Assembly: GCA_905234835.1 (NCBI GenBank)
Contig: CAJOIZ010000006.1
Coordinates: forward strand, 10,345 to 74,344
Direction of reading: 5' to 3'
Length of the DNA stretch: 64,000 bases
DNA from: Paludibacteraceae bacterium
GTDB lineage: Bacteria > Bacteroidota > Bacteroidia > Bacteroidales > Paludibacteraceae
The notes beneath the pieces are model-generated. The model searched no databases, was not told the origin of the DNA, and worked only from the letters and a program-made list of their open reading frames with translations. Below are positions 42,351 through 53,318 of the stretch, piece after piece. Positions within the stretch are counted from its first letter, which is position 1, and every line of letters starts with the position of its first letter. The position numbers and the translations under genes are program-made.

Positions 42351-45300
42351 TATTGGGCGTAGCGTTCGTAGTCGAGATAGTAGGTGTTGAAGAGCTCGTC
42401 GCGGCGGTAACGGTTGAGGTTCTGAAGGACATAGCCAAGAATACCGAGGTTCTGATTAACCGTCGATTGAACCGTCTTCTTGTTCTGTCTTGACAGACCG
42501 TCCGCCCAACGCAAGTATTCGACACAAGTCTCTGCAACCGATGCCATCACACTATCCGCCTTCGCTACGTTGTCCGCACCCTCTACCTTATCGCCAATAG
42601 CGTACCTGACAGCCGCCATGGATGCAGATGTGTAGTCATACGGTATATTATACGCAGGCAACATCTGCTCGGCATAATCAATAACCTCCACGGCCTTAGC
42701 ATATTCGCCCTTCCGCCAGAGCGCCTCAGAGAGTTCGAGGAACATCATACGGTGGGTATGGCACATGCGCATCAGGTTCTCATCAATATAGATGCCCGGC
42801 TTATTGATATTACCAAAGCAGAAGCGGTGCATCATATTCTCATACATGACATCCGTATTGACTCTCGCCCTGCCGTCCTCACTCCTTGTCGGCGTGACAC
42901 GATAAGCAAGACCGGTCAACTCGAAGTACGGGCGCAAGCCGAGGTAATAGTCATCGCCAACCGTAACGGCGAAATAGATAGGCCGTTCCCAGTTGTTCTG
43001 CTCAAGCATCTCCATGACCATCATCTCCGAACGTGTGTAACGCCGTGCCTCCTTAATCATAATCTTCTCGCCGTCGGGTCCGTCGAAAAAGAGTTGCTTG
43101 GAGGGAATGTAATTGTCGTTGTCGCGTTCGCGCAGTTTGGTCTGCGGGTCTTCTGAACGCAAGAACTTGAACGCCCTCTCAATAGAGACAGGCTGCCCAA
43201 TCTTGTCCTCTACCCAAACGACTTCGTTGGTACCGGGCATGTAGTCCTTGTATTCCCATGAGATAGGCAGTCCCTTGCTCTCGTAGTAGGGTCGCTTCAT
43301 CTGGTCGATATACCAGTCGGTCTGCAAGTAAGAGAGGTTGCAAACGCGCAGGTCGGTTCCGACTCCTTCAACCTCCTGGTTGTACCAAAGCGGGAAGGTG
43401 TCGTTGTCTCCGTTGGAGAAGATGATACCCTGCGTTTCGCACGACTTCAGGTAGTTAGCACCGAAGTCGCGGCAAGTGTATCGGTCGCTGCGGTCGTGGT
43501 CATCCCAGTTCTGTGAAGCCATCTGCACAGGCACAAGGAGCGTTACGAGCATCGTCAGAACGGCGACACAGGTCTTGCCGTTCTCGCTCTGCATGTACTT
43601 TTCCAATGCCTCGTACAATCCGATGACACCCAAACCTATCCAAATACAGAAGGCATAGAATGAACCGGCGTAAGCATAGTCCCGTTCACGGGGCTGGTAA
43701 GGCGTCTGGTTGAGATAGACCACAATAGCGAGACCGGTAAGGAAGAAGAGCAAGAACGTGATGGTGAAGTTCATCGCCCCTTTCTGCTTCTTGCCCAACT
43801 GCCAGATGATACCTATAATACCGAGGAGCAACGGCAACATGTAATAGACATTGTGCCCTTTGTTCTCGCGTAACTCAGTGGGCAGTGCTTTCTGGTCACC
43901 GAGCATAGCGTTGTCAATAAAGGATATACCTGTGAGCCAGTTGCCCTTGTGCAGTTCGCCGTAACTCTGCAGGTCGTTCTGGCGTCCGGAGAAATTCCAC
44001 ATGAAGTAACGCCAATACATGAAGTTGACCTGATAACGGAAGAAGAACAGCAGGTTCTCACCGAAGGTCGGGCAGTATTCGGACTTCTGCTGTCCGCAAT
44101 AGTCGTACTTGACCTTGCGTCCCTTGATGTCCGCCCACTCCTTGTAAGCGCGTACATGGTTCGCCTGAGACGAGTACATACGCGGGAAAGGCATACAGAA
44201 CTGGTCCATGAACTTGTAGGTGGTCTTGTAACCCGTAACGACATAGTGGTCTTTCTCGCCTTCCTGCTTGGGTGCGGGCGCATACTGTGCGTGACCCGTC
44301 TTTTCAACAGGTATGCACATATTGCCCTCTATACGCAGTTCGACCGGCGCATTATAGGTCTGTCCATAGAGCAACGGTCGGTCGCCATACTGCTCGCGAT
44401 TGAGGTAGTACTTGAGCGAGAAGACATTGTCAGGCGAGTTCTGGTCCATCGGTGTGTCCGCATTGGAACGAATGACGATAGCGGCATAGGAAGAGTAACC
44501 GACAAGTATAACCGCCAGCATGACCAGCGATGTGTTGAGCCAACGCCAGAGTTGCGACGGGTTATTCTCGTCCTGAAGGTCGAGTTTCCTATAGGTGTAC
44601 CATATCCCTGCTACAATGAGGACAGCGGTCAGGATGAGATAGACAAAGAGTCCCGTATTGAACGGACATCCGAGCGTATTAACGAAGAAGAGTTCAAACC
44701 ATCCTGCCACAGTCGGAACTCCCGGGATAATGCCATAGAGAATGACCGCCAAGACCACCACCGACACAAGGAAAGCGGTGATAGCGCCTTTCCAAGTGAA
44801 ACTGTAACGTCGGAAATAATAAACAAGCACGATAGCCGGGATAGTCAGCAAGTTAAGCAAGTGGACACCTATGCTGACGCCCATGAGGTACATAATCAGT
44901 ATGAGCCACCGGTCAGAGCCTTCCTCGTCAGCGTGTTCATCCCACTTGAGGATAAGCCAGAAAACAACAGCTGTGAAGAGCGACGACGAAGCATACACCT
45001 CTCCTTCAACGGCAGAGAACCAGAACGTGTCAGAGAACGTATATGCCAACGCTCCCACCGCTCCCGCTCCAAGAACAGCAATGCCTTTGCCCAGCGTGTC
45101 CGTATCAACGAGTTTGCGCGCCAAAGCAGTAATTGTCCAAAAGAGGAAGAGAATAGTGAAAGCGGATGCGAGCGCCGAAAGTGCATTAACGCACATCGCA
45201 ACGTGAGAGGGGTCTGACGCAAAGAGCGAGAAGAAATGCCCCATCAGCATGAAGAAAGGCGCTCCAGGGGGATGCCCTACGTCCAATTTATAAGCACTGG

Positions 45301-45421
45301 AGATGAACTCGCCACAGTCCCAGAAAGAAGCAGTGGGCTCCATCGTGAGCAAATACGTAGCGGCAGCAATGGCAAAAACCAGCCAGCCACCGAGCGTATT
45401 CCAAAGTCTAAAGTTTTTCAT
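42350..45421 (-). CDS. DUF2723 / TMEM260-like polytopic membrane protein (putative glycosyltransferase-C fold) with a C-terminal soluble helical domain
   Basis: N-terminal 'FWDCGEFISSAYKLDVGHPPGAPFFML', about 12 hydrophobic segments, 1023 aa. Confidence 0.8.
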   Translation of the reverse strand: MKNFRLWNTLGGWLVFAIAAATYLLTMEPTASFWDCGEFISSAYKLDVGHPPGAPFFMLMGHFFSLFASDPSHVAMCVNALSALASAFTILFLFWTITALARKLVDTDTLGKGIAVLGAGAVGALAYTFSDTFWFSAVEGEVYASSSLFTAVVFWLILKWDEHADEEGSDRWLILIMYLMGVSIGVHLLNLLTIPAIVLVYYFRRYSFTWKGAITAFLVSVVVLAVILYGIIPGVPTVAGWFELFFVNTLGCPFNTGLFVYLILTAVLIVAGIWYTYRKLDLQDENNPSQLWRWLNTSLVMLAVILVGYSSYAAIVIRSNADTPMDQNSPDNVFSLKYYLNREQYGDRPLLYGQTYNAPVELRIEGNMCIPVEKTGHAQYAPAPKQEGEKDHYVVTGYKTTYKFMDQFCMPFPRMYSSQANHVRAYKEWADIKGRKVKYDYCGQQKSEYCPTFGENLLFFFRYQVNFMYWRYFMWNFSGRQNDLQSYGELHKGNWLTGISFIDNAMLGDQKALPTELRENKGHNVYYMLPLLLGIIGIIWQLGKKQKGAMNFTITFLLFFLTGLAIVVYLNQTPYQPRERDYAYAGSFYAFCIWIGLGVIGLYEALEKYMQSENGKTCVAVLTMLVTLLVPVQMASQNWDDHDRSDRYTCRDFGANYLKSCETQGIIFSNGDNDTFPLWYNQEVEGVGTDLRVCNLSYLQTDWYIDQMKRPYYESKGLPISWEYKDYMPGTNEVVWVEDKIGQPVSIERAFKFLRSEDPQTKLRERDNDNYIPSKQLFFDGPDGEKIMIKEARRYTRSEMMVMEMLEQNNWERPIYFAVTVGDDYYLGLRPYFELTGLAYRVTPTRSEDGRARVNTDVMYENMMHRFCFGNINKPGIYIDENLMRMCHTHRMMFLELSEALWRKGEYAKAVEVIDYAEQMLPAYNIPYDYTSASMAAVRYAIGDKVEGADNVAKADSVMASVAETCVEYLRWADGLSRQNKKTVQSTVNQNLGILGYVLQNLNRYRRDELFNTYYLDYERYAQ

Positions 45422-45446
45422 GTGAGCGTTATTGTATTTTTACTTT

Positions 45447-45523
45447 TCGTTATCGTGTCGTTATCGACTCGTTATCGTGTCGTTGTCGTGTCGTTATCGT
45501 GTCGTTATCGTGTCGTTATCGAC
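45447..45523. repeat. tandem 11-nt array tcgttatcgtg/tcgttatcgac, 7 units
   Basis: Counted by hand. It lies in the divergent spacer between the DUF2723 gene and the glycan locus. Confidence 0.9.
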
Positions 45524-45729
45524 TTTCCTATTGTATGAATACGGACTTGCCGTCAAGAATATGCCTCGGGTTCACAAAGGGGCATATAAGGACACAATAA
45601 TGAGCGTGCAAAATTACATTATCCTGAGAAAACACAAAAACGGGAGCGCAATACCTCCTCATTTTAACGGAATAATAGACATTTTCAGGAATAATTGTAT
45701 TCTTTGTTGCAAACATGTTTTGAATTGAG

Positions 45730-45737
45730 TACTTTTG
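45730..45737 (+). promoter_or_regulatory. candidate -7 box TAnnTTTG (TACTTTTG) for the glycan locus
   Basis: It lies about 67 nt upstream of the ATG at 45804. Confidence 0.5.
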
Positions 45738-45803
45738 CGCGCTTAATTATACAGCCACAGGAACGGCTGTACGAAAACGAAACAATAACTAAACACCAAC
45801 AAT

Positions 45804-47108
45804 ATGTTACAAACAGACTTGAGTAAAAGGACAATAGCCGTAGTTGGATTGGGATATGTAGGTTTGCCATTGGCTATTGAGTACGGTAAGAAGTACCGCG
45901 TAATCGGTTTTGACGTGTATGAACCCCGTGTAGCCGAGCTGTTAGCCGGCCGCGACCACACGAAGGAAGCTGACTTAGTCGGCATGAAGCAGGCTCGTGA
46001 CCTGTATGAGAAGACCCATACGACCGGTCTGACCCTGACGAGTGATATGCACGAGTTAGAACAGGTGAACACGTACATCGTGACCGTTCCGACCCCGATT
46101 GACAGTTTTAACAACCCCGACCTGACTCCGCTGCTGAAAGCGTCCGCCACCATCGGCAAGACACTGCGCAAGGACGATATCGTCATCTACGAGAGCACCG
46201 TTTATCCGGGCTGCACAGAGGAGGACTGCGTGCCGGTATTGGAACGCGAGAGTGGTCTGAAGTTCAACAAAGACTTCTTCTGCGGATACAGTCCCGAGCG
46301 CATCAATCCGGGCGACAAGGTGAACACCTTGACCAAAATCAAGAAGATTACATCGGGTTCGACACCTGAAGTAGCTGATATAGTGGACGCTCTGTACAAT
46401 TCCATCTTAGAGAACGGCACGCACCGCGCACCGAACATGAAGGTGGCAGAAGCCGCCAAAGCCGTGGAGAACAGCCAGCGAGACGTAAACATCTCGTTTA
46501 TGAACGAACTGGCACTGATATGCGACCGTGTGGGCATCGACACGAACGATGTCATCGAGGCAGCAGGTACGAAATGGAACTTCCTCAAGTACCGTCCCGG
46601 ACTGGTCGGCGGGCACTGCATATCGGTGGACCCCTATTACCTTGCGCACAAAGCCAAAGCATTGGGCTATGACCCGCAAGTCATCCTGTCAGGCCGTGCG
46701 GTAAACAACTCCATCGCCAAGTTCATTGCGGACAAGGTGCTGAAACTGATGATTCAGAAAGACCACAAAATCAAGGGCGCGAACATCCTGATGCTGGGCG
46801 TGACGTTCAAAGAGAACTGCCCCGACTGCCGGAACACGAAGGTGGTGGACATAGCAGACGAACTGGAAGAATTCGGCTGCAAGGTGGACATCTACGACCC
46901 GTGGGCATCGCCCGAAGTGGTGAAACACGAATACGGCAAGGAACTGATAGCCGCCATCGACGAGAACAAACAGTATGCCGCCGTGATTGCCTGCGTAAGT
47001 CATGACCAGTTCAAGACATTCGATTTCAAGAAATACAAACAACAAAACGCCGTCATCTACGATGTGAAGAACTTTGTGGACCGCTCGTTAGTGGACGGCA
47101 GACTATAA
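45804..47108 (+). CDS. NDP-N-acetyl-hexosamine 6-dehydrogenase (TviB/WbpO/Cap5O-like nucleotide-sugar dehydrogenase)
   Basis: 'IAVVGLGYVGLPLA' and the catalytic 'LVGGHCISVDPYYL'. Confidence 0.8.
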   Translation: MLQTDLSKRTIAVVGLGYVGLPLAIEYGKKYRVIGFDVYEPRVAELLAGRDHTKEADLVGMKQARDLYEKTHTTGLTLTSDMHELEQVNTYIVTVPTPIDSFNNPDLTPLLKASATIGKTLRKDDIVIYESTVYPGCTEEDCVPVLERESGLKFNKDFFCGYSPERINPGDKVNTLTKIKKITSGSTPEVADIVDALYNSILENGTHRAPNMKVAEAAKAVENSQRDVNISFMNELALICDRVGIDTNDVIEAAGTKWNFLKYRPGLVGGHCISVDPYYLAHKAKALGYDPQVILSGRAVNNSIAKFIADKVLKLMIQKDHKIKGANILMLGVTFKENCPDCRNTKVVDIADELEEFGCKVDIYDPWASPEVVKHEYGKELIAAIDENKQYAAVIACVSHDQFKTFDFKKYKQQNAVIYDVKNFVDRSLVDGRL

Positions 47109-47111
47109 CGT

Positions 47112-48374
47112 ATGAGGACGATAGCAGTAGCAGGAACGGGCTATGTGGGCCTGTCATTGGCGACTCTACTGGCGCAGCATAACCGCGTCGTGGCAGTGGA
47201 TATAGTTCCCGAACGTGTGGACAAGATCAACCGCCGCGAACCGACCATACAAGACGACTATATCGAGCGGTACTTGGGCGGTACGGATGCGGAGGGGAAG
47301 CCCGTTACGCTGAACCTGACAGCCACATTGGACGGGGACAAGGCGTATCGGGAAGCCGAATGGGTAGTGATAGCCACCCCGACCAACTACGACGCGCAGA
47401 AGAACTACTTTGACACGAGCGCGGTAGAGTCGGTCATCGAGCAGGTGATGCGCGTCAATCCCGATGCGATAATGGTCATCAAATCGACCATTCCTGTCGG
47501 GTTCACAGAAGGTATCCGCCGTCGCACAGGGAGCAAGAATATCCTGTTTGCGCCTGAGTTCCTGCGCGAGAGCAAAGCGCTGTATGACAACCTATACCCG
47601 TCGCGCATCATCGTGGGGACAGACCTGCAGGACGAGCGACTGACAGCCGCAGCTAAGGAGTTTGCCACGATGCTACAAGAGGGCGCGGCAGCCAAAGACA
47701 TCCCCACCCTCTTTATGGGCTTTACGGAGGCCGAGGCGGTCAAACTGTTCGCCAACACCTACCTTGCCCTGCGCGTGAGCTACTTCAACGAATTGGACAC
47801 CTACGCTGAGATGAAAGGACTGGATACCAAGCAAATCATTGACGGCGTGTGTCTGGACCCGCGTATCGGACAGCAGTACAACAACCCCTCGTTCGGCTAC
47901 GGCGGTTACTGCCTACCTAAAGATACCAAGCAACTGCTCGCCAACTACCAAGACGTACCCGAGAACCTGATAGAAGCTATCGTGGAGAGCAACCGCACCC
48001 GCAAGGACTTCATTGCCGACCGCGTGCTCGCCAAAGCCGGCTATTACGCCTATTCGGAGGAGAACAGCTGGAACAGAGGACAAGAGAAGGAGTGCATCAT
48101 CGGCGTGTTCAGGCTGACCATGAAAGCCAATTCGGACAACTTCCGGCAGTCGTCCATACAGGGGATAATGAAACGCATCAAGGCGAAAGGCGCAACCGTG
48201 ATTATCTATGAACCCACCCTACCCGACGGGACAACGTTCTTCGGAAGCGTGGTGGTGAACAATCTGGAAGAGTTCACCCGCCGTTCACACGCCATCATAG
48301 CCAACCGCTATGAGCCGTGCCTCGATGCAGTGAAAGACAAGGTATATACCCGCGACATCTTCCGCCGCGACTAA
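47112..48374 (+). CDS. ugd: UDP-glucose 6-dehydrogenase
   Basis: '[12 protein letters not shown]', 'FAPEFLRE' and the catalytic '[14 protein letters not shown]'. Confidence 0.85.
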   Translation: MRTIAVAGTGYVGLSLATLLAQHNRVVAVDIVPERVDKINRREPTIQDDYIERYLGGTDAEGKPVTLNLTATLDGDKAYREAEWVVIATPTNYDAQKNYFDTSAVESVIEQVMRVNPDAIMVIKSTIPVGFTEGIRRRTGSKNILFAPEFLRESKALYDNLYPSRIIVGTDLQDERLTAAAKEFATMLQEGAAAKDIPTLFMGFTEAEAVKLFANTYLALRVSYFNELDTYAEMKGLDTKQIIDGVCLDPRIGQQYNNPSFGYGGYCLPKDTKQLLANYQDVPENLIEAIVESNRTRKDFIADRVLAKAGYYAYSEENSWNRGQEKECIIGVFRLTMKANSDNFRQSSIQGIMKRIKAKGATVIIYEPTLPDGTTFFGSVVVNNLEEFTRRSHAIIANRYEPCLDAVKDKVYTRDIFRRD

Positions 48375-48384
48375 TCCGGACAGT

Positions 48385-49788
48385 TTGGCACAAGGCGTAG
48401 AACATATCGGCAAACAGGATGTGGCGTGGTCATATGCCGCCACGTTCTTCTGGGTCGGGTCCGGACTGATACTCTTCCCGTTCATCCTCAACAAGATGCC
48501 CGCCGAAACAGTGGGTATATGGAATATCTTCCAGACCATCACAGTGATGGTCGCCATCCTCGACTTCGGTTTCCAGCCCTCGTTCGCCCGCAACCTCAGT
48601 TACGTCTTCAGCGGCGTGAAGAGCCTTCGCAAAGAAGGTGTAGCGGCAGTGGAGGACACCGTCTATACGGCGGCGAAAGAGGGAGTGGCGGCAGTGGACT
48701 ACGGGCTGCTGAAAGGCACGCTCGTGGCTATGCAGCGGCTGTTCCGCATCATCTCGTTGGCGGCGTTCGTGCTACTCGCCACCGCCGGTACGGCGTACTT
48801 CATGTACATCCTCGGCAAATACAGCGGCGACCGCACCGATGCTATCGCCGCCTGGGTGCTGCTCATCGTGCTGAACTGCTATGACCTCTATACGCTCTAT
48901 TACGACGCGCTGCTGAAAGGCAAGGGCTATGTCCGCCGCAGCCAGCAAATTATGATTGTGAGCCAGTCGGTCTATTTAGTTCTTGCCATCGGTCTTATCT
49001 TTGCGGGATTAGGGTTGAGCGCAATAGTCGCCTCCCGTCTCGTCTCTATCGTCATCCGCCGCGTGCTGTCGCGCCGCGTGTTCTTCACCTGCGAGATGCG
49101 TCAAGCCCTGTCGGGTGTGGAGGCGGACGACCCGAAGGAGATTATGCGCGCCATCTGCCCGAATGCTGTCAAGATTGGTCTGACACAGTTGGGCAGTCTG
49201 GCGGTCAACAAGTCGGCTATGCTGATTGGCGCGGCGTTCCTGACGCTGGAACAGGTGGCGAGTTACGGCATCACGTTGCAACTGTTAGAGATCCTATGCA
49301 ACTGCTCCACCGTGCCTTACCGCGCTTTCTCACCCAAATTAGCGCAGTGTCGTGCAGGCAAAGACCTTGCGGGTCTGCGGCATTACTACCTGTTGTGCGA
49401 GGCTATACTGCTGGCAATATGGATAGCCGGAGGCAGTGTGGCAGTGCTATTCGGCGATGACGTGCTACGGCTCATCAAGAGCCAAACGATGTTCCTGCCG
49501 ACTGCGATGTTTGCCGTGATGGTGGCTTTCCATCTGTTAGAGGACAACCAGTCGATGGCAAGCGGGTTTATCATGTCTGACAACCGCATTCCCTTCTTCA
49601 TTCCGTCTCTGCTGAGCGGAGCCGCCACCGTCCTGCTACTGTGGCTGTTCCTCGATGTGTTAGACTGGGGGATATGGGGAATGGTTCTTGCGCCGGGCAT
49701 CGCGCAATTGGCGTATCAGGACTGGAAATGGCCGGGATTCATTATCCGAGAGCTGTTTGTTGAACCCAAGCGAAACGGCAAGTTGTGA
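48385..49788 (+). CDS. polytopic membrane protein, Wzx/MOP-type flippase-like (paralog 1)
   Basis: TTG start. Conservation with paralog 2 begins at residue 4, which supports this start. The protein is about 12-14 TM and sits in the glycan locus. The family assignment is tentative. Confidence 0.55.
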   Translation: MAQGVEHIGKQDVAWSYAATFFWVGSGLILFPFILNKMPAETVGIWNIFQTITVMVAILDFGFQPSFARNLSYVFSGVKSLRKEGVAAVEDTVYTAAKEGVAAVDYGLLKGTLVAMQRLFRIISLAAFVLLATAGTAYFMYILGKYSGDRTDAIAAWVLLIVLNCYDLYTLYYDALLKGKGYVRRSQQIMIVSQSVYLVLAIGLIFAGLGLSAIVASRLVSIVIRRVLSRRVFFTCEMRQALSGVEADDPKEIMRAICPNAVKIGLTQLGSLAVNKSAMLIGAAFLTLEQVASYGITLQLLEILCNCSTVPYRAFSPKLAQCRAGKDLAGLRHYYLLCEAILLAIWIAGGSVAVLFGDDVLRLIKSQTMFLPTAMFAVMVAFHLLEDNQSMASGFIMSDNRIPFFIPSLLSGAATVLLLWLFLDVLDWGIWGMVLAPGIAQLAYQDWKWPGFIIRELFVEPKRNGKL

Positions 49789-51137
49789 GCAAAGGAATAG
49801 AAGACATAGGCAGACAGGATGTGGTGTGGTCGTATTTAGCGACCATATTCCTCATCGGTGCCGGCGTTATCCTTTTGCCGTTCATACTCAACAAGATGCC
49901 GGCAGAAACGGTCGGGATATGGAACATCTTCATGGTCATCATCATGCTGGTCAATATCCTCGATTTCGGTTTCAGTCCGTCGTTCGCAAGGAATCTGAGT
50001 TACATCTTTTCCGGAGCAAAAGACTTGCAGGTGGAGGGTGTCCGCCAAGTCACAGACGGCGAGGTGGACTACGGTCTGCTGAAAGGCACGCTGACGGCTA
50101 TGCGGCGTTTCTACCGACAGATTGCCATAGCGTGCTTTGTGCTGCTCGCCACGGCAGGAACGGCATACTTTACGTACATTCTAAAGAAGTACACCGGCGA
50201 CAGGACGGATGCCATGGTAGCTTGGGTGCTGCTGATTGCCATCAACTGCTATAATCTCTATACGCTCTACTACGACGCGTTGCTGCTCGGCAAGGGCTAT
50301 GTCAAGCGCAACCAACAGATTATCATCGTGGCACAGGGTACTTACCTCGTCATTGCCATCGGACTAATCTACGCAGGAATGGGGCTGACCGCGATTGTGG
50401 GGGCACAACTGATTGCCACCGTAGTCCGGCGCGTGCTGGCATACCGCACCTTCTTCACGAAAGAGATGCGCGAATGTCTGAAAGATGTGCAGGAGCGGGA
50501 CGCGAAGGACATTTTCCGCGTCATTTGGCCGAATGCCGTCAAGGTGGGGCTGACCCAGTTAGGGGCCTTTGCCATCAACAAATCGGCGGTACTGATCGGT
50601 TCCGTCTATCTAAGCCTTGAAGCAGTAGCGTGCTATGGCATCACGCTTCAGGTGATGGACGTGCTGACCCGCTGCGCGACCGTCCCCTACAGGTCGTTCA
50701 TACCCAAACTCGCACAGTTTCGTGCGGAGAACGATATGGCGCAACTGCGCCGTTACTACACAATCTGTGCTGTCAGCATTCTTGCCACTTTCGTGGCAGG
50801 CGGTATGGTTTGGGTCTGGTTAGGTGATTGGGCATTGGAGTTGATACACAGCGAAACAACGTTTGTGTCATTGGTAATGCTGGTTGCCATGCTGATAATC
50901 CGTTATCTTGAGGACAACCACGCCATGTCGGCGGGCTTCATTATGGCGGACAACAAGATTCCGTTCTTCATTCCATCCCTCGTCAGCGGAGCAGCGACGC
51001 TGGTGTTGCTGTTTGTTTTCCTCGGTCCGCTGCATTGGGGAATGTGGGGGCTAATTTTAGCAGGCGGCATCGCACAAGCTGCGTACCAGAACTGGCGTTG
51101 GCCGAGTATGGTGATTAAAGAGTTGTGGGGGAGATAA
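49785..51137 (+). CDS. polytopic membrane protein, Wzx/MOP-type flippase-like (paralog 2)
   Basis: The GTG start overlaps the upstream stop (GTGA). By hand count, 56 of the first 77 residues are identical to paralog 1. Confidence 0.55.
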   Translation: MSKGIEDIGRQDVVWSYLATIFLIGAGVILLPFILNKMPAETVGIWNIFMVIIMLVNILDFGFSPSFARNLSYIFSGAKDLQVEGVRQVTDGEVDYGLLKGTLTAMRRFYRQIAIACFVLLATAGTAYFTYILKKYTGDRTDAMVAWVLLIAINCYNLYTLYYDALLLGKGYVKRNQQIIIVAQGTYLVIAIGLIYAGMGLTAIVGAQLIATVVRRVLAYRTFFTKEMRECLKDVQERDAKDIFRVIWPNAVKVGLTQLGAFAINKSAVLIGSVYLSLEAVACYGITLQVMDVLTRCATVPYRSFIPKLAQFRAENDMAQLRRYYTICAVSILATFVAGGMVWVWLGDWALELIHSETTFVSLVMLVAMLIIRYLEDNHAMSAGFIMADNKIPFFIPSLVSGAATLVLLFVFLGPLHWGMWGLILAGGIAQAAYQNWRWPSMVIKELWGR

Positions 51138-51140
51138 CAA

Positions 51141-52364
51141 ATGATACCCTATCTGCTGTACATAGTGCTGACACTTGTTCTCGCCATCCGCTACGACGGG
51201 CGAGAAGACGGTCGTCACAAGCATATATGGTATACTGTTACCTGCGTATTTCTGATTCTTATTGCTGGACTTCGTAACGGAGTCGGAGGAGACACACTTT
51301 CTTATAAAGAAGAATTCAATAACACATTGTTCCTATCCTATACCGGTATCGCCGAATATCTGCGGGACAACCTGTTTACTCACGGACGTATGCCGCTGTG
51401 GTCAATGTTTATGACGGGTTGCCGCTATTTGTCGGACTCCTTCTACTTATTCCAATTCATACACGCAACGGCTGTCATCGTGCCTTTCTTTTATTTTTTC
51501 AGAAAATATACTGATTGCTACTTCCTGTGCGCACTCCTATACGGTGCAGCCGGATATTTCTTCCTATTTAACACTGAAGTGCTACGCGAGAGCATTGCCA
51601 TCGTATGCGGTATTTTCGCGATACAATTCTTTCTTAAGGGCGGCATAAAAGGATATATCGGCTACGCGATATTTGTTATTATCGGCATTCTTTTCCATGT
51701 TTCTGCCGGAGTAGTGTTGGCATTCCCTTTTGCACAACTTATTCCGATACGAAAAAGCACTCTCATATTAGGAGTTTTGACAGCATTGGTCTTATGGTTT
51801 GCAGGTGACTATATCGTAGCTCATTTGCCCTCATTTATACTTTCGAGAGACTCTTCTTTGGCACAAAAAGTAACAAATTACGCGGAAATGAAGAGTAATT
51901 TCTATGGCTTTATTTTCAATTCATTACGTTATATATGTTTGCCTTACATCGTGATGTACTATAGTTTGAGAAAAGGGAAAGACCCGCATCTAAACAAACA
52001 CAAAGAAGGTTTTTGTGCCTTTACATTGATTATTGGAATCTGCGCAGTAGGAATCAGCGGTTTCGCTCGAATAAACAATTATACTGCATTATTTTATATT
52101 ATGGCATTAAGCGAATTTATCTATTTATATATCTATTCTCCACGTAGTTATTTCCTAACAAGAACTGTAGTCTTGGCGGGATCGCTTTTATGTTTAGGAT
52201 TGTTTTATACTTCGTACTATCCCGTCTCGCATCGTTATCACTACGAATTTTACTACCCATACACATCTGTACTGGATGATGAATATAGTTTTAACTACCG
52301 ATATGATATGCACTATGAATCCACTTTTTTCGACAAAAGCGGAAAACTTTCTCGCACAGAATAA
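51141..52364 (+). CDS. EpsG-family membrane protein (putative Wzy-type polymerase)
   Basis: About 10 TM segments, N-terminal 'GLRNGVGGDTLSY', and a position directly after the flippase-like genes. Confidence 0.55.
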   Translation: MIPYLLYIVLTLVLAIRYDGREDGRHKHIWYTVTCVFLILIAGLRNGVGGDTLSYKEEFNNTLFLSYTGIAEYLRDNLFTHGRMPLWSMFMTGCRYLSDSFYLFQFIHATAVIVPFFYFFRKYTDCYFLCALLYGAAGYFFLFNTEVLRESIAIVCGIFAIQFFLKGGIKGYIGYAIFVIIGILFHVSAGVVLAFPFAQLIPIRKSTLILGVLTALVLWFAGDYIVAHLPSFILSRDSSLAQKVTNYAEMKSNFYGFIFNSLRYICLPYIVMYYSLRKGKDPHLNKHKEGFCAFTLIIGICAVGISGFARINNYTALFYIMALSEFIYLYIYSPRSYFLTRTVVLAGSLLCLGLFYTSYYPVSHRYHYEFYYPYTSVLDDEYSFNYRYDMHYESTFFDKSGKLSRTE

Positions 52365-52376
52365 ATATAGAATGAA

Positions 52377-53318
52377 ATGGTAACTATCATATTGCTCAAT
52401 TATAACGGCTGGCAGGACACCATCGAGTGTCTTGAGTCGCTACTCAAGCAGACGGATGCAGAGTGGCGTGCCGTTGTGGCGGACAACGGTTCACAAGATG
52501 AGTCACTGGAGCAACTGAATCGTTGGGTGGCAGAGTGGAAAGTTGAGCAGAAAGTTCAAATACTACCATTGGGTGAAAACTACGGTTTTGCCAAAGGGAA
52601 TAACACGGCAATCGAAGCCGTACGCAAGGAACAGACTGACTATTACTGGATTCTGAACAATGACACCGTGGTAGAACCTGACTGTCTGGCAAAGATGGTG
52701 CTGTATATGGAAACCCATCCTGATGTGACCGCCCTGACACCGGCTATTCGGTTATACGACCAACAAGATATTCTGTGGAACGCAGGCGGCCGTATGGTCT
52801 TCGGCGGCAGAAAGTATTACGGAGCCATGCAACCCGCCTCGCTGTTCGACGGCAAACATGAATTGCCCATCACTTTCGTCACCGGCTGCGCTCTCCTCGT
52901 AAGAAAAGAATTGGTGGCAAAACAACCGCTGTTCACAGAACGTTTCTTTTTCGGAGAGGAGGATTTTGATTTCTCGCTCCGTATGCAAGAAGAAAATAGG
53001 AAAATTGTATGCCTGACGAATGCCGTTATATACCACAAAGTGAGTGCTACCGCCAGTCTATACGGCAACTACAACAGGCTCTTTATATATACATTGAACC
53101 GCGCCATTGATTTCAAGTCACACTATTCAGGTCTCAAATACGCTGTTTGGAAAATGATCTATTTCCCTTATACACGCTTGCGTTTTTTGCGAGGGTTGAA
53201 CTTAAAAGAACAGAATGCCTTTATGGCACTCCTGCGCAAAGAATGTACCCTGAATGACAGCGTATCCAAAGAACTATACGAACGATATATCCACTATCCA
53301 TTCAAACATGATGCATAA
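52377..53318 (+). CDS. glycosyltransferase family 2
   Basis: 'VTIILLNYNGWQDTIECLESL', 'ADNGSQD' and 'LNNDTVV'. Confidence 0.8.
   Translation: MVTIILLNYNGWQDTIECLESLLKQTDAEWRAVVADNGSQDESLEQLNRWVAEWKVEQKVQILPLGENYGFAKGNNTAIEAVRKEQTDYYWILNNDTVVEPDCLAKMVLYMETHPDVTALTPAIRLYDQQDILWNAGGRMVFGGRKYYGAMQPASLFDGKHELPITFVTGCALLVRKELVAKQPLFTERFFFGEEDFDFSLRMQEENRKIVCLTNAVIYHKVSATASLYGNYNRLFIYTLNRAIDFKSHYSGLKYAVWKMIYFPYTRLRFLRGLNLKEQNAFMALLRKECTLNDSVSKELYERYIHYPFKHDA

Noticed and set aside
43949-45217. A 422-aa ORF antisense to the DUF2723 membrane-protein gene. Comparable cases are 28108-29022 antisense to recQ, 9854-10759 antisense to pheT, and 29435-31594 and 33962-36373 antisense to the giant LRR gene.
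   Set aside because: All are fully contained in genes with strong sense-strand signatures, and none has a recognisable motif. They are treated as shadow ORFs.
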